Of a DNA stretch of 32,000 bases, positions 12,920 through 24,891 are shown piece after piece. Numbering within the stretch: the first letter of the stretch is position 1; each line of letters starts with the position of its first letter. The notes under the pieces are model-generated. The model ran no database searches, was not told the DNA's origin, and saw only the letters and a list, made by a program, of their open reading frames with translations. The position numbers and the translations under genes were made by a program. This stretch comes from an uncultured Erysipelotrichaceae bacterium (lineage in GTDB: Bacteria > Bacillota_I > Bacilli_A > Erysipelotrichales > Erysipelotrichaceae). The DNA lies in the NCBI GenBank assembly GCA_942493105.1, contig OW818668.1:720001-752000 (forward strand). The letters run 5' to 3'.

Positions 12920-14767
12920 ATGCGCAATCAAAAATTAACAACGTTGATTCCTTATATTATTGTGACCTTGGCTGTAATGAGCCTGGTGTTCATGAATTTT
13001 GAAGGATCGACCAAAAAACTGACCTACTCTGAGTATGTCGAATTATTGAACCAAGGTAAGGTTACAGAATCTAATGTGACTGTATCTACCGTAGTCATCA
13101 AGATCGCTGGTAAGTATACAGAAGGAACCACAGTCTATGACTATACTTTAGTCGTGCCCAATACCGAAGCTCAAAACAATGGATTGATGGCCGAAATTTA
13201 TGATTCAAGCAGTGCCGTTAAAATCATAGATGCCTATGAAACCAATCCATTCATGGACTTCATCTTGAATTTCGTCCCTTATATCTTAATGGCAGGTTTG
13301 TTTTTCTTCTTTATTTCAAGAATGCAAGGCGGTAATAACAATAAAGCCTTTGAGTTCGGAAAATCTAAAGCAAAATTAGAAGGTGCCATCAAGGTTCGTT
13401 TCGATGATGTAGCGGGTTGTGATGAAGAAAAAGAAGAAATGATGGAACTCATCGACTATCTTAAGAATCCTAAAAAATTCGCTAAGATGGGTGCTCGTAT
13501 CCCTAAAGGGGTATTGATGGTTGGGGCTCCAGGTACTGGTAAAACCTTATTGGCGAAAGCTGTGGCAGGCGAAGCTGACGTTCCTTTCTATTCGATCTCA
13601 GGTTCTGACTTCGTAGAAATGTTTGTTGGGGTCGGTGCTAGCCGTGTCAGAGATATGTTTAAGAAAGCTCAAGCGACTGCGCCTTGTATCATCTTTATCG
13701 ATGAAATCGATGCGGTGGGTCGTCAGCGTGGAACTGGTTTAGGCGGCGGTCACGATGAGCGTGAACAGACCTTAAATCAATTGTTGGTTGAAATGGATGG
13801 GATCGGTGATAATGCCGGAATCATCATCATTGCGGCTACCAATCGTCCTGATGTCTTGGATCCTGCTTTATTAAGACCAGGTCGTTTCGATCGTACCATT
13901 ACCGTATCTTTACCTGATCGTAAAGGACGTGCTGCAATTCTAGCCGTTCATGCGAGAAATAAGAAGTTGGCAGACAGTGCTGATTTAGTTGCGTTAGCCA
14001 AACGTACACCTGGATTCTCAGGTGCCGATCTTGAGAATGTACTCAATGAAGCTGCAATCTTAGCCGTTCGTGAAAATGCAGAAACCATTACGATGCATCA
14101 TCTAGATGAAGCCATCGACCGTGTTATTGCGGGACCTGCTAAAAAATCAAAAACTTACAGTGATCGTGAAAAACGTTTGGTTGCCTATCATGAAGTTGGA
14201 CATACCATCGTTGGATTGATGTGTCATGATTCAGATATGGTTCAAAAAGTTACCATTATACCTCGAGGTACAGCAGGTGGCTATAACCTGATGACCCCGC
14301 GTGAAGAAAAGTTCTTGATGACCAAAACTGATTTGATTGCGAAAATCACCGGCTTATTGGGTGGTCGTGTCGCAGAAGAAATCGTATTCAATGAAATTTC
14401 AACCGGAGCTTCTGGGGATATCGAACAGGCAACAAAGATTGCCCGTGAAATGGTTATGTCGTATGGGATGAGTTCCTTAGGACCGATTCAATATGAACAC
14501 AGCGGAGGCAATGTCTTCTTAGGCCGTGATTATAACGCCACAAGAAATTACTCCAGTCAGATTGCTTTCGAAATCGATAAGAGCATTCGTGCTTTGATCG
14601 ATGAAGGATATGAAAAAGCCAAGGCATTGATTCTGCAACATCGTCCTCTGATGGATAAGATCGTTGAAGTCCTTATGGAACAAGAAACATTGACCAGCGA
14701 ACAGATTCAAAATATCGTCGAAGGCAAACCCTTTGACACCCCAGTCATAGAAGTTAAAACCGCATAA
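12920..14767 (+). CDS. ftsH: ATP-dependent zinc metalloprotease FtsH
   Basis: Walker A GAPGTGKT, Walker [12 protein letters not shown] region [20 protein letters not shown], and the HEVGH zinc motif. AAGGAG at 12908-12913 supports ATG 12920. Confidence 0.97.
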   Translation: MRNQKLTTLIPYIIVTLAVMSLVFMNFEGSTKKLTYSEYVELLNQGKVTESNVTVSTVVIKIAGKYTEGTTVYDYTLVVPNTEAQNNGLMAEIYDSSSAVKIIDAYETNPFMDFILNFVPYILMAGLFFFFISRMQGGNNNKAFEFGKSKAKLEGAIKVRFDDVAGCDEEKEEMMELIDYLKNPKKFAKMGARIPKGVLMVGAPGTGKTLLAKAVAGEADVPFYSISGSDFVEMFVGVGASRVRDMFKKAQATAPCIIFIDEIDAVGRQRGTGLGGGHDEREQTLNQLLVEMDGIGDNAGIIIIAATNRPDVLDPALLRPGRFDRTITVSLPDRKGRAAILAVHARNKKLADSADLVALAKRTPGFSGADLENVLNEAAILAVRENAETITMHHLDEAIDRVIAGPAKKSKTYSDREKRLVAYHEVGHTIVGLMCHDSDMVQKVTIIPRGTAGGYNLMTPREEKFLMTKTDLIAKITGLLGGRVAEEIVFNEISTGASGDIEQATKIAREMVMSYGMSSLGPIQYEHSGGNVFLGRDYNATRNYSSQIAFEIDKSIRALIDEGYEKAKALILQHRPLMDKIVEVLMEQETLTSEQIQNIVEGKPFDTPVIEVKTA

Positions 14768-14775
14768 TCAAACAT

Positions 14776-14800
14776 CCCCTGATTTTCAGGGGTTTTGTTT
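14776..14800 (+). terminator. rho-independent terminator after ftsH
   Basis: CCCCTGA-TTT-TCAGGGG hairpin followed by TTTTGTTT. Confidence 0.85.
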
Positions 14801-14811
14801 CAAGGAGACCC

Positions 14812-15679
14812 ATGGATACACTCGTTAAAGCCATGACTAAAAACGGAGTGATCCGTATCATGGTCATCAATTCAACTCAGACGGTTCAAGAAGCCGCCTC
14901 AAGACATAAAACATTGCCTACAGCCAGTGCTGCTTTGGGGCGCACTTTAAGTGCGACTGCTTTATTGGGTGCTCAACTCAAAGGTAAAGGCGAAAGCGTG
15001 ACTGTTCAAATCAATGGGAAGGGTCCATTAGGAACCATTCTTTGCGAAGCCAATACAAGCGGAGAATTACGTGGATTTGTTTCAAATCCAGATGTTCTAC
15101 TCATCAATGAAGAGACACATAAATTAGATGTAGGGGCTGCAGTCGGCAAAGACGGGACCCTTCGTGTTATTCGTAATACGCACATGAAAGCTGACTTTAC
15201 CGGAACAGTAGAACTTCAAACAGGTGAAATTGGAGATGATTTTGCCTACTACTTTACCGTAAGTGAACAAACCCCATCAGCGGTTTCACTGGGTGTTTTG
15301 GTTGGGAAAGACAATGAAATATTAGCCTCAGGAGGACTCCTGATCCAACTGTTGCCTAGTTCTACAGAAACGGATCTTTTAATGGCAGAAGACGTGGTGA
15401 AGCATCTTCGTCCCATCTCAGAAATGATTCATGATGGGATGACTCCAGATGAGATTGCATTAGCTTTATTTGATGAAGTTGAAATCATGAGCGTCACAAC
15501 GATTCAATTTAAATGCAGCTGTACTAAAGAACGCTTAAGAGACGCTTTATCGACCATTGACAGCGATGAGATCGAACTCATGATCAAAGAAGATAAAGGG
15601 GCAGAAATTACCTGTCACTTTTGTAATACGAGCTATCATTTCTCAGAAGAAGAATTGACTCACATCCATAGGAATAACC

Positions 15680-15687
<8 letters not shown>
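14812..15687 (+). CDS. hslO: redox-regulated chaperone Hsp33
   Basis: C-terminal zinc centre CSC...CHFC, with length and overall pattern of Hsp33. AAGGAG RBS. Confidence 0.93.
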
Positions 15688-18153
<2,466 letters not shown>

Positions 18154-18156
18154 AAA

Positions 18157-18182
18157 ACAAAACACCGAAAGGTGTTTTTTGG
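18157..18182. terminator. bidirectional rho-independent terminator between convergent lysS and the photolyase operon
   Basis: AAAACACC-GAAA-GGTGTTTT hairpin flanked by an A-tract upstream and a T-tract downstream. Confidence 0.85.
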
Positions 18183-18203
18183 TGGTGATAGTTGAATCTC
18201 AAG

Positions 18204-18710
18204 CTATTTTTGATTTAAAATTTTATCCCAAAAAAGTTCAAATTCTTCGAGTCTTACAGATAAACCTGAATATTTCCTCTCATAAACTTGGCTTTGCGTT
18301 GCTTCAGGAAATTTAGCTAAACCACTTCGACACACAAAATGCACTTCATTATTTAAGTATGTGATCCTAAAACAGTCGCCTTTGACCTCATAGGGAGCAC
18401 TTAAGAAAAACATTAGGTGAAAATCTAAGTTTGATAAATCTGTTAGAAGAGGTATCTTATCTTTGTCAGAAATAGTTTTAGCCAAGTTGTACGTAGTTGG
18501 ATCGGTTGAGTCTGGCCATTCTACCATTTCAATTTGAACAACATCTTGCGCTGTACTGACAAAATCTATGTTTCTTGGAGCAGGCGGAGTTAAAAACCAC
18601 ATGACGACTAAAGCCCCCATGATAAGAAAAGGCAAGAAATAGATAAAAATGGCCCCTATCATCACTTTACTATAATGTTTATCCAACCAAGCAGGACTAA
18701 AGAGTTTCAT
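18204..18710 (-). CDS. hypothetical N-terminally membrane-anchored protein
   Basis: 168 aa with one TM helix (MIGAIFIYFLPFLIMGALVVMWFL). Its ATG overlaps the photolyase stop (ATGA). No recognisable family. Confidence 0.55.
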   Translation of the reverse strand: MKLFSPAWLDKHYSKVMIGAIFIYFLPFLIMGALVVMWFLTPPAPRNIDFVSTAQDVVQIEMVEWPDSTDPTTYNLAKTISDKDKIPLLTDLSNLDFHLMFFLSAPYEVKGDCFRITYLNNEVHFVCRSGLAKFPEATQSQVYERKYSGLSVRLEEFELFWDKILNQK

Positions 18711-19984
18711 AACTTTATCTTCGTTTTCTTTAAAGTTCCGTCTTTTCCCATGGCTCTTATTAATCCATGGATTGGTTTATCAAACCATGGTCGATCATGA
18801 ACTGCGGCCACACTCCACATGATTCCCGTATAACCGTTGGGATCTCGGCCATCAAGAAAATACGTATCATTGAGAGTAATAAGAATATCGATCGCAGATT
18901 GCGGACTCTCACTCCACAACAGAACCATCTTCGCCCAATACATTCTCAAATAGGAATTCAAGTATCCATCTTCTACGACCATCCTTTGGCATCTGTTCCA
19001 AAGTTCATCATGTGTCTGAGCATGCTCAAATTGATTAAGGGTATAGTGATATGGTCTTTGATCAAAACGATGCGAATTTAATGTGACTTGTGCCCATGGC
19101 CAAGCACCTTTAAGTGAATCATAGGCTTCTTGATAGAAACAATAGTTTTCTGCCAGTTCACGGCGAACCATGGCTTCTTCTATAAATAGAGCTGCATTTG
19201 GATGATTGGTCTCTTTAACAGTTCTAATCATTTTAAGTGGGGATATCATCCCGAAGTGAAGATAGGCTGATAAATGAGATTGACCTTGAGAATCGATTTC
19301 ATTTCTGTGATCGTAATTCTGAAGTCGATTCTGAACAAAGTCATCCAAGACTTCATTGGCTGCATCTTCTCCAGGATTGAGGCTGGATAAACTTAGCTGT
19401 TTCCAATTGTGTTTAGAAAGAATCAATTCCACATCCTTAACGGTAAAGCATTCTTTAATGAGAGATGGATAAGGATGACTAACTAAAGGATACGTCTGTT
19501 CAAGATAGGGGACATATTGATTCATGATTTTATTTCGTATTGTTTTTGCGGAATACTCAAGTTTAGGCGATGCAATCCATACTGGGATCACACAGGCAGT
19601 GTTGACTTTCGTGAAAGATATTTTATGTTGATGAGCCCAAATACCGACTTGCTCATGCATTGCCTTGATGGGTCTAAGTACATGATGTTCTGTAAAGATC
19701 GATCGTATCTCAACCTTTTGATTTAGTTTATCTAGATTCGATAAGATATCACCTTGCATAACAAGGGTAGGAATATTCATTACTTTAAGTTTAAGAGATA
19801 CTTCAGCCAAACCTTTAAGCAAGAAATCCATATTGCGTTGATTGGCATAAGGAAAGTTTGCGTGCAGATTAAAAAACACAAGTAAAGGTTCGTTATATTT
19901 TAGTGCTTCTTGCTGAGCAGCATACAAAGCTTGATTATCAATTGTACGTAAAGCTCGGCTGATCCAATAGACAACATGTTTCAT
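18707..19984 (-). CDS. phr: deoxyribodipyrimidine photolyase, class II type
   Basis: C-terminal FAD-binding region THDELWN...YLRMYWAK...LNDTYFLDGRDPNGYTGIMWS...HDRPW, characteristic of class II CPD photolyases. Confidence 0.85.
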   Translation of the reverse strand: MKHVVYWISRALRTIDNQALYAAQQEALKYNEPLLVFFNLHANFPYANQRNMDFLLKGLAEVSLKLKVMNIPTLVMQGDILSNLDKLNQKVEIRSIFTEHHVLRPIKAMHEQVGIWAHQHKISFTKVNTACVIPVWIASPKLEYSAKTIRNKIMNQYVPYLEQTYPLVSHPYPSLIKECFTVKDVELILSKHNWKQLSLSSLNPGEDAANEVLDDFVQNRLQNYDHRNEIDSQGQSHLSAYLHFGMISPLKMIRTVKETNHPNAALFIEEAMVRRELAENYCFYQEAYDSLKGAWPWAQVTLNSHRFDQRPYHYTLNQFEHAQTHDELWNRCQRMVVEDGYLNSYLRMYWAKMVLLWSESPQSAIDILITLNDTYFLDGRDPNGYTGIMWSVAAVHDRPWFDKPIHGLIRAMGKDGTLKKTKIKL

Positions 19985-19990
19985 GCCTTT

Positions 19991-19999
19991 ATCATATCA
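19991..19999 (-). promoter_or_regulatory. candidate extended -10 promoter (TGaTATGAT) 6 nt upstream of the photolyase ATG
   Basis: Minus strand reads TTTGATATGATAAAGGCATG. No properly spaced SD. Confidence 0.4.
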
Positions 20000-20014
20000 A
20001 ATAAAAATCCCTTT

Positions 20015-20050
20015 TGTACTGACCCCCTAAAAGTGGACAGTTAAAAAAAG
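20015..20050. repeat. IS terminal inverted repeat (left on + strand)
   Basis: TGTACTGACCCCCTAAAAGTGGACAGTTAAAAAAAG is the exact reverse complement of 21273-21308. Confidence 0.95.
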
Positions 20051-20052
20051 TC

Positions 20053-20980
20053 TTAAAGAGATGATAATCTAGTCATCTCTTTTTCTTTGAATGCAGCTGG
20101 AGTCATCCAATTTAGTCCTTTCTGACGTCGTTTATTGTTGTAACGGTAAATGAATTTGTGGATTTCTTCTATAAGTTGTTTATCGTCGTCAATTCGAATA
20201 TGATGATTATAGACAAGTTCAGACTTCAAAATGCTGTGGAAGCTTTCAATCGGTGCGTTGTCCGTCGGCTTACCCCTTCGAGACATACTCTGAATGAAAT
20301 TGGACTGAGCGAGTCTGTCTTGTATCTCGCGATTGAAGTACGGCGTTCCCTGGTCGGAATGTATGAATGTTCCGTATTCAATCGCTTTTTCTATAACTTG
20401 ATTGATGGTATCTTTTACGAGCTCAGTGGTCGGATGATAAGCGATCGAGTATGCTTCGATCATCTTGGTATACATATCTTTGATGGAAGATAGATAGACT
20501 CGTTTTGTTCCAATCCTGAATTCTGTGATGTCAGTATAGAGTTTATCGAAGGGAACTGAACACGTATGATTTCCGCGAATGATGTTATTCTTTTCTTCGC
20601 CGTCGTATTTTTGAGTATGCTTACCTGCTTTATGATGTCGTTTTACCACCGATAAAAGGTCATATTTTCTCATAATCCTGAGACAACGCTTGTGATTAAT
20701 CTTCTGTCCGTCATCCAGACTAATTGTTTTGGCCATTGCCTTAGCGCTTAATGTATATTCATTTTCTTCCTGTCTGAATCTAATCAAACCCGATATTGCT
20801 AAATCGTCATAGCTGAATGCCGATGGTCTTGCGATCCATTTGTAGTATCCGGATCTGCTGACTTTACAGTACGCACACATACGGCTGATTCGATATTTTT
20901 TCCGTAGTGAATGAATCGCTGTAAAGATTATCTCTTTATCAACTTCTTTCTCAAGGTTGATACTTTTTTTAAGAGGTCAC
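20053..20980 (-). CDS. IS3-family transposase OrfB (DDE integrase core), expressed as OrfAB by -1 frameshift
   Basis: DDE triad context YTDITEF / IHSDQGTPY / DNAPIESFH. The -1 frame is open from the A7 site (KKSINLEKEVDKEIIFTAIHSLRKKYRISRMCAYCK...). Confidence 0.88.
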
Positions 20981-21233
20981 GCTCCATTTTTACCTGCTCT
21001 AACTCTTCTTCTACTGAGCCGAAAATTGCGTTTTTTGGCTGACCTTTTCTTCCCCGTGTTTCTTTGGTGAGTTCCTCAATACCGCCGTGTTGGTACTTTT
21101 TTATCCATCGTTGAATTACACCTTTATACACACCTAATTCTCTAGACAATTTTAAAATTGATTCATGCTCGTCAATAAATCTAAGTACTGTCCTAATTTT
21201 CACTTCGATTGGCTGAGGGTGTTGTTTAACCAT
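20928..21233 (-). CDS. IS3-family transposase OrfA (helix-turn-helix)
   Basis: 101 aa, HTH-like LSRELGVYKGVIQRWIKKY and a C-terminal leucine-zipper-like region. AAGGAGG RBS. Confidence 0.9.
   Translation of the reverse strand: MVKQHPQPIEVKIRTVLRFIDEHESILKLSRELGVYKGVIQRWIKKYQHGGIEELTKETRGRKGQPKNAIFGSVEEELEQVKMERDLLKKVSTLRKKLIKR
20974..20980 (-). other. programmed -1 ribosomal frameshift site (A AAA AAA)
   Basis: Minus strand TTA AAA AAA GTA near the orfA 3' end. Slipping -1 gives an uninterrupted OrfAB frame. Confidence 0.75.
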
Positions 21234-21272
21234 TAAAAAACCTCCTTATACTATTCAGTATAACGAGGTTGT

Positions 21273-21308
21273 CTTTTTTTAACTGTCCACTTTTAGGGGG
21301 TCAGTACA
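21273..21308. repeat. IS terminal inverted repeat (right on + strand)
   Basis: CTTTTTTTAACTGTCCACTTTTAGGGGGTCAGTACA is the exact reverse complement of 20015-20050. Confidence 0.95.
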
Positions 21309-21318
21309 TTCGGGATTT

Positions 21319-23844
21319 TTAGAGACCACATTTAAGTTGGGCATTACAGTTGGTGCATGTGTTGCATCCACCAATTTCTTCAACGACACCTTCTAGACAA
21401 ATCGGACAGATGTCGCCAACTTCGACACCAATGTTTCTATCCATTCGATCTGCGCGGAGATCTGTTTTCTTATCATCGGTTTGTTGTTCTTTGACATTGA
21501 CTCCAAAGTCATGGACCAAATCCATTTGAGCCCAATTCTTATCTTCATCATTACTGAGTGAAAGCACTTGAGAATCACGGCTGCCATCGACATATACCGT
21601 TCCGCCTTTGGCTTTTCCGTTGTATAAACGTTCGTAGATCTTTTGAACTTCGCGAACTGAGAATCCTTTTGGAGCATTCACAGTCTTAGATATGGAAGAA
21701 TCGATCCAACGTTGAATGGCACACTGTGTATCTGCGTGTTCTTCAGGGGTCAATTCCATCGCTGAAACAAAGAAATCAGGTAAAGTTGCTCTGGTATATT
21801 CAGGATGAATCGCAAGCCAGTCTTCTACGATTTGAGCATTGACTTCAATGAATTTTCCAAGTCTTCCGCTTCTAAAATAGGAGAATGAGAAATAGGGTTC
21901 TAGTCCTGTTGAGACACCCACCATGGTTCCGGTAGAACCTGTAGGCGCAATGGTCAATAGATGAGAATTACGGATACCATGTTTGAGGACACCATTTCTG
22001 ATATCATCATTCATTTGTTTCATATAGCCGGTATTGATGAAAGCTTCACGGCTGCTCAAGAATGGGAAAGATCCTTTTTCGGCAGCCAAATCAATGGATT
22101 CAGTATAAGCTGCTTCAGCGATGGTCCTAAAGACTTCATCAATGGTGACCAGTGATTCTTGTGAACCATAACGTAATCCAGCCCAAATCAATAAATCATG
22201 TAGACCCATGACACCTAAGCCTACACGGCGTTCACCAGTGGCTTGTTTTTGATTGGGTTCTAGGAAGTAAGGTGTATCATCAATGACGTCATCTTGCATA
22301 CGTACACAGATTTTAACCGTATTGGCAAGTTCGTTATATAAGATTCGACCTGTTTTACGATCTACGAAATTGGCTAAATTGATGGCTGCGAGATTACAAA
22401 CGCTATAAGCCGCTAAAGGTTGTTCACCACAAGGATTGGTTGCGACAACTTTTTGTCCATACGCTTTCGCATTGGTCATGTCATTGGCGTTATCAATAAA
22501 GAAGATTCCTGGTTCTGCAGAATAAGTAGCACAGAAACTAATGAGATCCCACAAATCTCTGGCTCTGATTTTACGATAAACCTTAATGGGATAACCCATG
22601 GCTTCCCATTCACGAACATCACCGACATCTTGCCATTTGGCATCATAGTCGTCTTTTTGTTCTTTGGTATAATTTTGAAGATCTGGGAATCGAAGTTCGA
22701 AGTCTCGGTCAAATTTAACTGCATTCATGAATTCACGGGTCAATGTCACAGAAATATTTGCACCTGATAAGAATTCAGGGGCGTGGACTTCTAATTTTCC
22801 GCCATCCAGTAATAATTCTCTGGCATATTCGATCACTTGAGGTGCAGCAGTCTTACTTTCCGCAACCGCTTCATAAAGCTCTCTTTCAACTCTGCTTAAA
22901 GGAACAAATTTAAGTTTACGTCTGGCTTCTTCTACGATCTGAGGGTCTTTTGAGTTTTCAGTCAACCATTTCAATACCTTGGCATTTTGCATCTTAGCCA
23001 CAATAAATTCAATGATGTCAGGATGCCAATCTGCCAACATGATCATTTGAGCGCCTCTGCGACTTCCGCCTTGTTCAACCAAGTGCGTTAAATTCGCAAT
23101 ATCGTTGAGCCAGCTGACAGCCCCAGAAGATTTGCCACCAACGCCTTTTGCGGGGGCACTCTTAGGTCTTAAGGTTGATCCATTGGTTCCAACCCCTCCA
23201 CCTCTAGACATGATCTCCATGACTTCTGCACGGTGATTGGAAATACCACCACGACTGTCATGAATAAAGGGCATAACGAAACAATTAAAGTAAGTAACTT
23301 GCGTACCACTACCTGCCCCATATAAAACACGACCAGCAGGAATAATATTCATTTTTGCGAGTTCATCTGCGAAAACAGCACTGAATTTTTCTTTGAGCTC
23401 AGGAGTGCTTTCTGTTGAAGCTAAAGATTTCCCGACTCTTTTACCGATTTGTTCATAAAAGATTTCTAAAGGTTTCTCAATTTGTTTAAAAGGACGCTGA
23501 ATCAATCCTGTTTCAGCCTCTTTTTCATCCTCTAGGATCGATCTGAATTCTTCATCTAACTTAAGGGTAACGAATTCTTTCTCGTAGTTGATTGAGGTTA
23601 CAAAACCAATTCCACGAGCGGGGAATTTAGGATCTTCTTTAACAATCGTCACGACAAGGTCATGGACCCCTAAGGTCTTCAGACTTCTGTCTTTTTGGGC
23701 ATATCTATCGAGCATCACCAAACGGCTTACCCCCGAATGAATCAGTTTAAAATGTGATTCAATCGGAAAAATGTGAGGAAAATGCGTGGTGATGTCGTGA
23801 TTAAGTTTATGGATTGTCTCTTGGTTATACATATGATTTCCCAT
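21319..23844 (-). CDS. nrdJ: adenosylcobalamin-dependent (class II) ribonucleotide reductase
   Basis: Active-site TNPCGEQPL, MLDRYAQKD N-terminal region, and a C-terminal Cys cluster CPIC...GGCNTCTNCNAQLKC. Start may be ATG 23832 instead of 23844. Confidence 0.9.
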   Translation of the reverse strand: MGNHMYNQETIHKLNHDITTHFPHIFPIESHFKLIHSGVSRLVMLDRYAQKDRSLKTLGVHDLVVTIVKEDPKFPARGIGFVTSINYEKEFVTLKLDEEFRSILEDEKEAETGLIQRPFKQIEKPLEIFYEQIGKRVGKSLASTESTPELKEKFSAVFADELAKMNIIPAGRVLYGAGSGTQVTYFNCFVMPFIHDSRGGISNHRAEVMEIMSRGGGVGTNGSTLRPKSAPAKGVGGKSSGAVSWLNDIANLTHLVEQGGSRRGAQMIMLADWHPDIIEFIVAKMQNAKVLKWLTENSKDPQIVEEARRKLKFVPLSRVERELYEAVAESKTAAPQVIEYARELLLDGGKLEVHAPEFLSGANISVTLTREFMNAVKFDRDFELRFPDLQNYTKEQKDDYDAKWQDVGDVREWEAMGYPIKVYRKIRARDLWDLISFCATYSAEPGIFFIDNANDMTNAKAYGQKVVATNPCGEQPLAAYSVCNLAAINLANFVDRKTGRILYNELANTVKICVRMQDDVIDDTPYFLEPNQKQATGERRVGLGVMGLHDLLIWAGLRYGSQESLVTIDEVFRTIAEAAYTESIDLAAEKGSFPFLSSREAFINTGYMKQMNDDIRNGVLKHGIRNSHLLTIAPTGSTGTMVGVSTGLEPYFSFSYFRSGRLGKFIEVNAQIVEDWLAIHPEYTRATLPDFFVSAMELTPEEHADTQCAIQRWIDSSISKTVNAPKGFSVREVQKIYERLYNGKAKGGTVYVDGSRDSQVLSLSNDEDKNWAQMDLVHDFGVNVKEQQTDDKKTDLRADRMDRNIGVEVGDICPICLEGVVEEIGGCNTCTNCNAQLKCGL

Positions 23845-23918
23845 CCCTTCTGTTGAAAAACTACGTGCTACTATTTTATCATATTATGAGTTAAGTTCAT
23901 TTTCATAATGCTTACATT

Positions 23919-24383
23919 TTATCCGACCAAAACAAAGACATAGTCTGAAAGCCTATTCATAAATATAAGTAAAGATTCAGGCAAGGGATTTTCTTCATGA
24001 AGACGAATCAAAGTTCGTTCTGTTCTTCTCACGACGGTTCTTAAAACATTGATTTGCGCATTCTTGGGATCCCCATATGGATAAATAAATCCATTATAGT
24101 TTTCTCGTTTTGAGAGGATGGTTTTTTCAAGGTCATCAGTGATGTCTTTAAAATCAGGGACATCCTTGAATCCAGCCAAATAGGATCCAATCTCAATCAG
24201 TTTTTTGACAGGTCTTTCAAATAACTCCCGATCCAATTGAGTCAAAGATTGAGTTAGAATCATATTCGCAATCAGTTCATCGATGGTTCCAATACTTTCG
24301 ATCGTTAAAGATCCTTTTGAGACAACCTTGTCTTTGAGATAAGTTTTGCCTTTATCTCCCGTTTTCGTAGTGACGATGCCCAT
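23919..24383 (-). CDS. pduO: PduO-type ATP:cob(I)alamin adenosyltransferase
   Basis: N-terminal TKTGDKGKT motif, ESIGTIDEL, RTVVRRTER. 154 aa. Confidence 0.85.
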   Translation of the reverse strand: MGIVTTKTGDKGKTYLKDKVVSKGSLTIESIGTIDELIANMILTQSLTQLDRELFERPVKKLIEIGSYLAGFKDVPDFKDITDDLEKTILSKRENYNGFIYPYGDPKNAQINVLRTVVRRTERTLIRLHEENPLPESLLIFMNRLSDYVFVLVG

Positions 24384-24891
24384 ATCTGTTTTCCGCCTTT
24401 CTGATCAAATGTGTCAGGATCTTATTGATGGGTTCAAACAGCAATAAGATCAAGGTATAATTTGAAAATCCATGAAGTAAATCAAAACCGATACCCATGA
24501 TCCAATACGATATGCCCATCGACAATCCATACAATAAGGCGTGTTGTAATGCAAATAAGAAACCGAAGGCCAGGCCAAACAGGCCTCCCAGGATGGCCAT
24601 TCGGTGAGCCTTTAGTTGAGTTATCGGACGTGTTAATTGAACCAGTATAACTAAAATGCTCCAAATCCACAAGTACCCTAATACCCAATCCGCAAAACCC
24701 CAATACAATCCTTCCAGAAGGGTAAACAAGATGATGACCAAAATACCATCTTTTAGCTTAAAAGAACAGGCAATGCTCATAATGAGCAAGCTTACCAATT
24801 CTACATTAGGCAAAACGGCCAATGACAATTGGGCTAAAAAAAGCATGCCAGCCAATAAGGCCAAGATAAGGTATTTCAGTAAAGGTCTCAT
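24352..24891 (-). CDS. polytopic membrane protein, probable ECF-type S component for cobalamin (CbrT-like)
   Basis: About 180 aa with 5-6 TM helices, inside a B12-riboswitch-controlled cluster with pduO and nrdJ. ATG 24891 overlaps the upstream stop (TGATG). Family assignment by context only. Confidence 0.5.
   Translation of the reverse strand: MRPLLKYLILALLAGMLFLAQLSLAVLPNVELVSLLIMSIACSFKLKDGILVIILFTLLEGLYWGFADWVLGYLWIWSILVILVQLTRPITQLKAHRMAILGGLFGLAFGFLFALQHALLYGLSMGISYWIMGIGFDLLHGFSNYTLILLLFEPINKILTHLIRKAENRYGHRHYENGR

Larger units (their letters stand above)
20015..21308 (-). mobile_element. IS3-family insertion sequence (1294 bp), apparently intact
   Basis: Perfect 36-bp terminal inverted repeats starting TG...CA. 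Has orfA (HTH), orfB (DDE) and an A7 slippery site joining them in the -1 frame. Confidence 0.92.

Noticed and set aside
21319-23844. Possible intein or insertion in the 841-aa NrdJ
   Set aside because: The length is within the range of class II RNRs with the N-terminal barrel insertion and C-terminal Cys-rich tail. I saw no splice-junction-like block interrupting the TNPCGEQPL region.
23845-23918. Promoter or NrdR-box candidates in the pduO-nrdJ gap (TATGAT, CATAAT)
   Set aside because: No -35 or TG extension lies at proper spacing, and there is no 16-bp palindrome. This is left as an open question in the findings rather than annotated.
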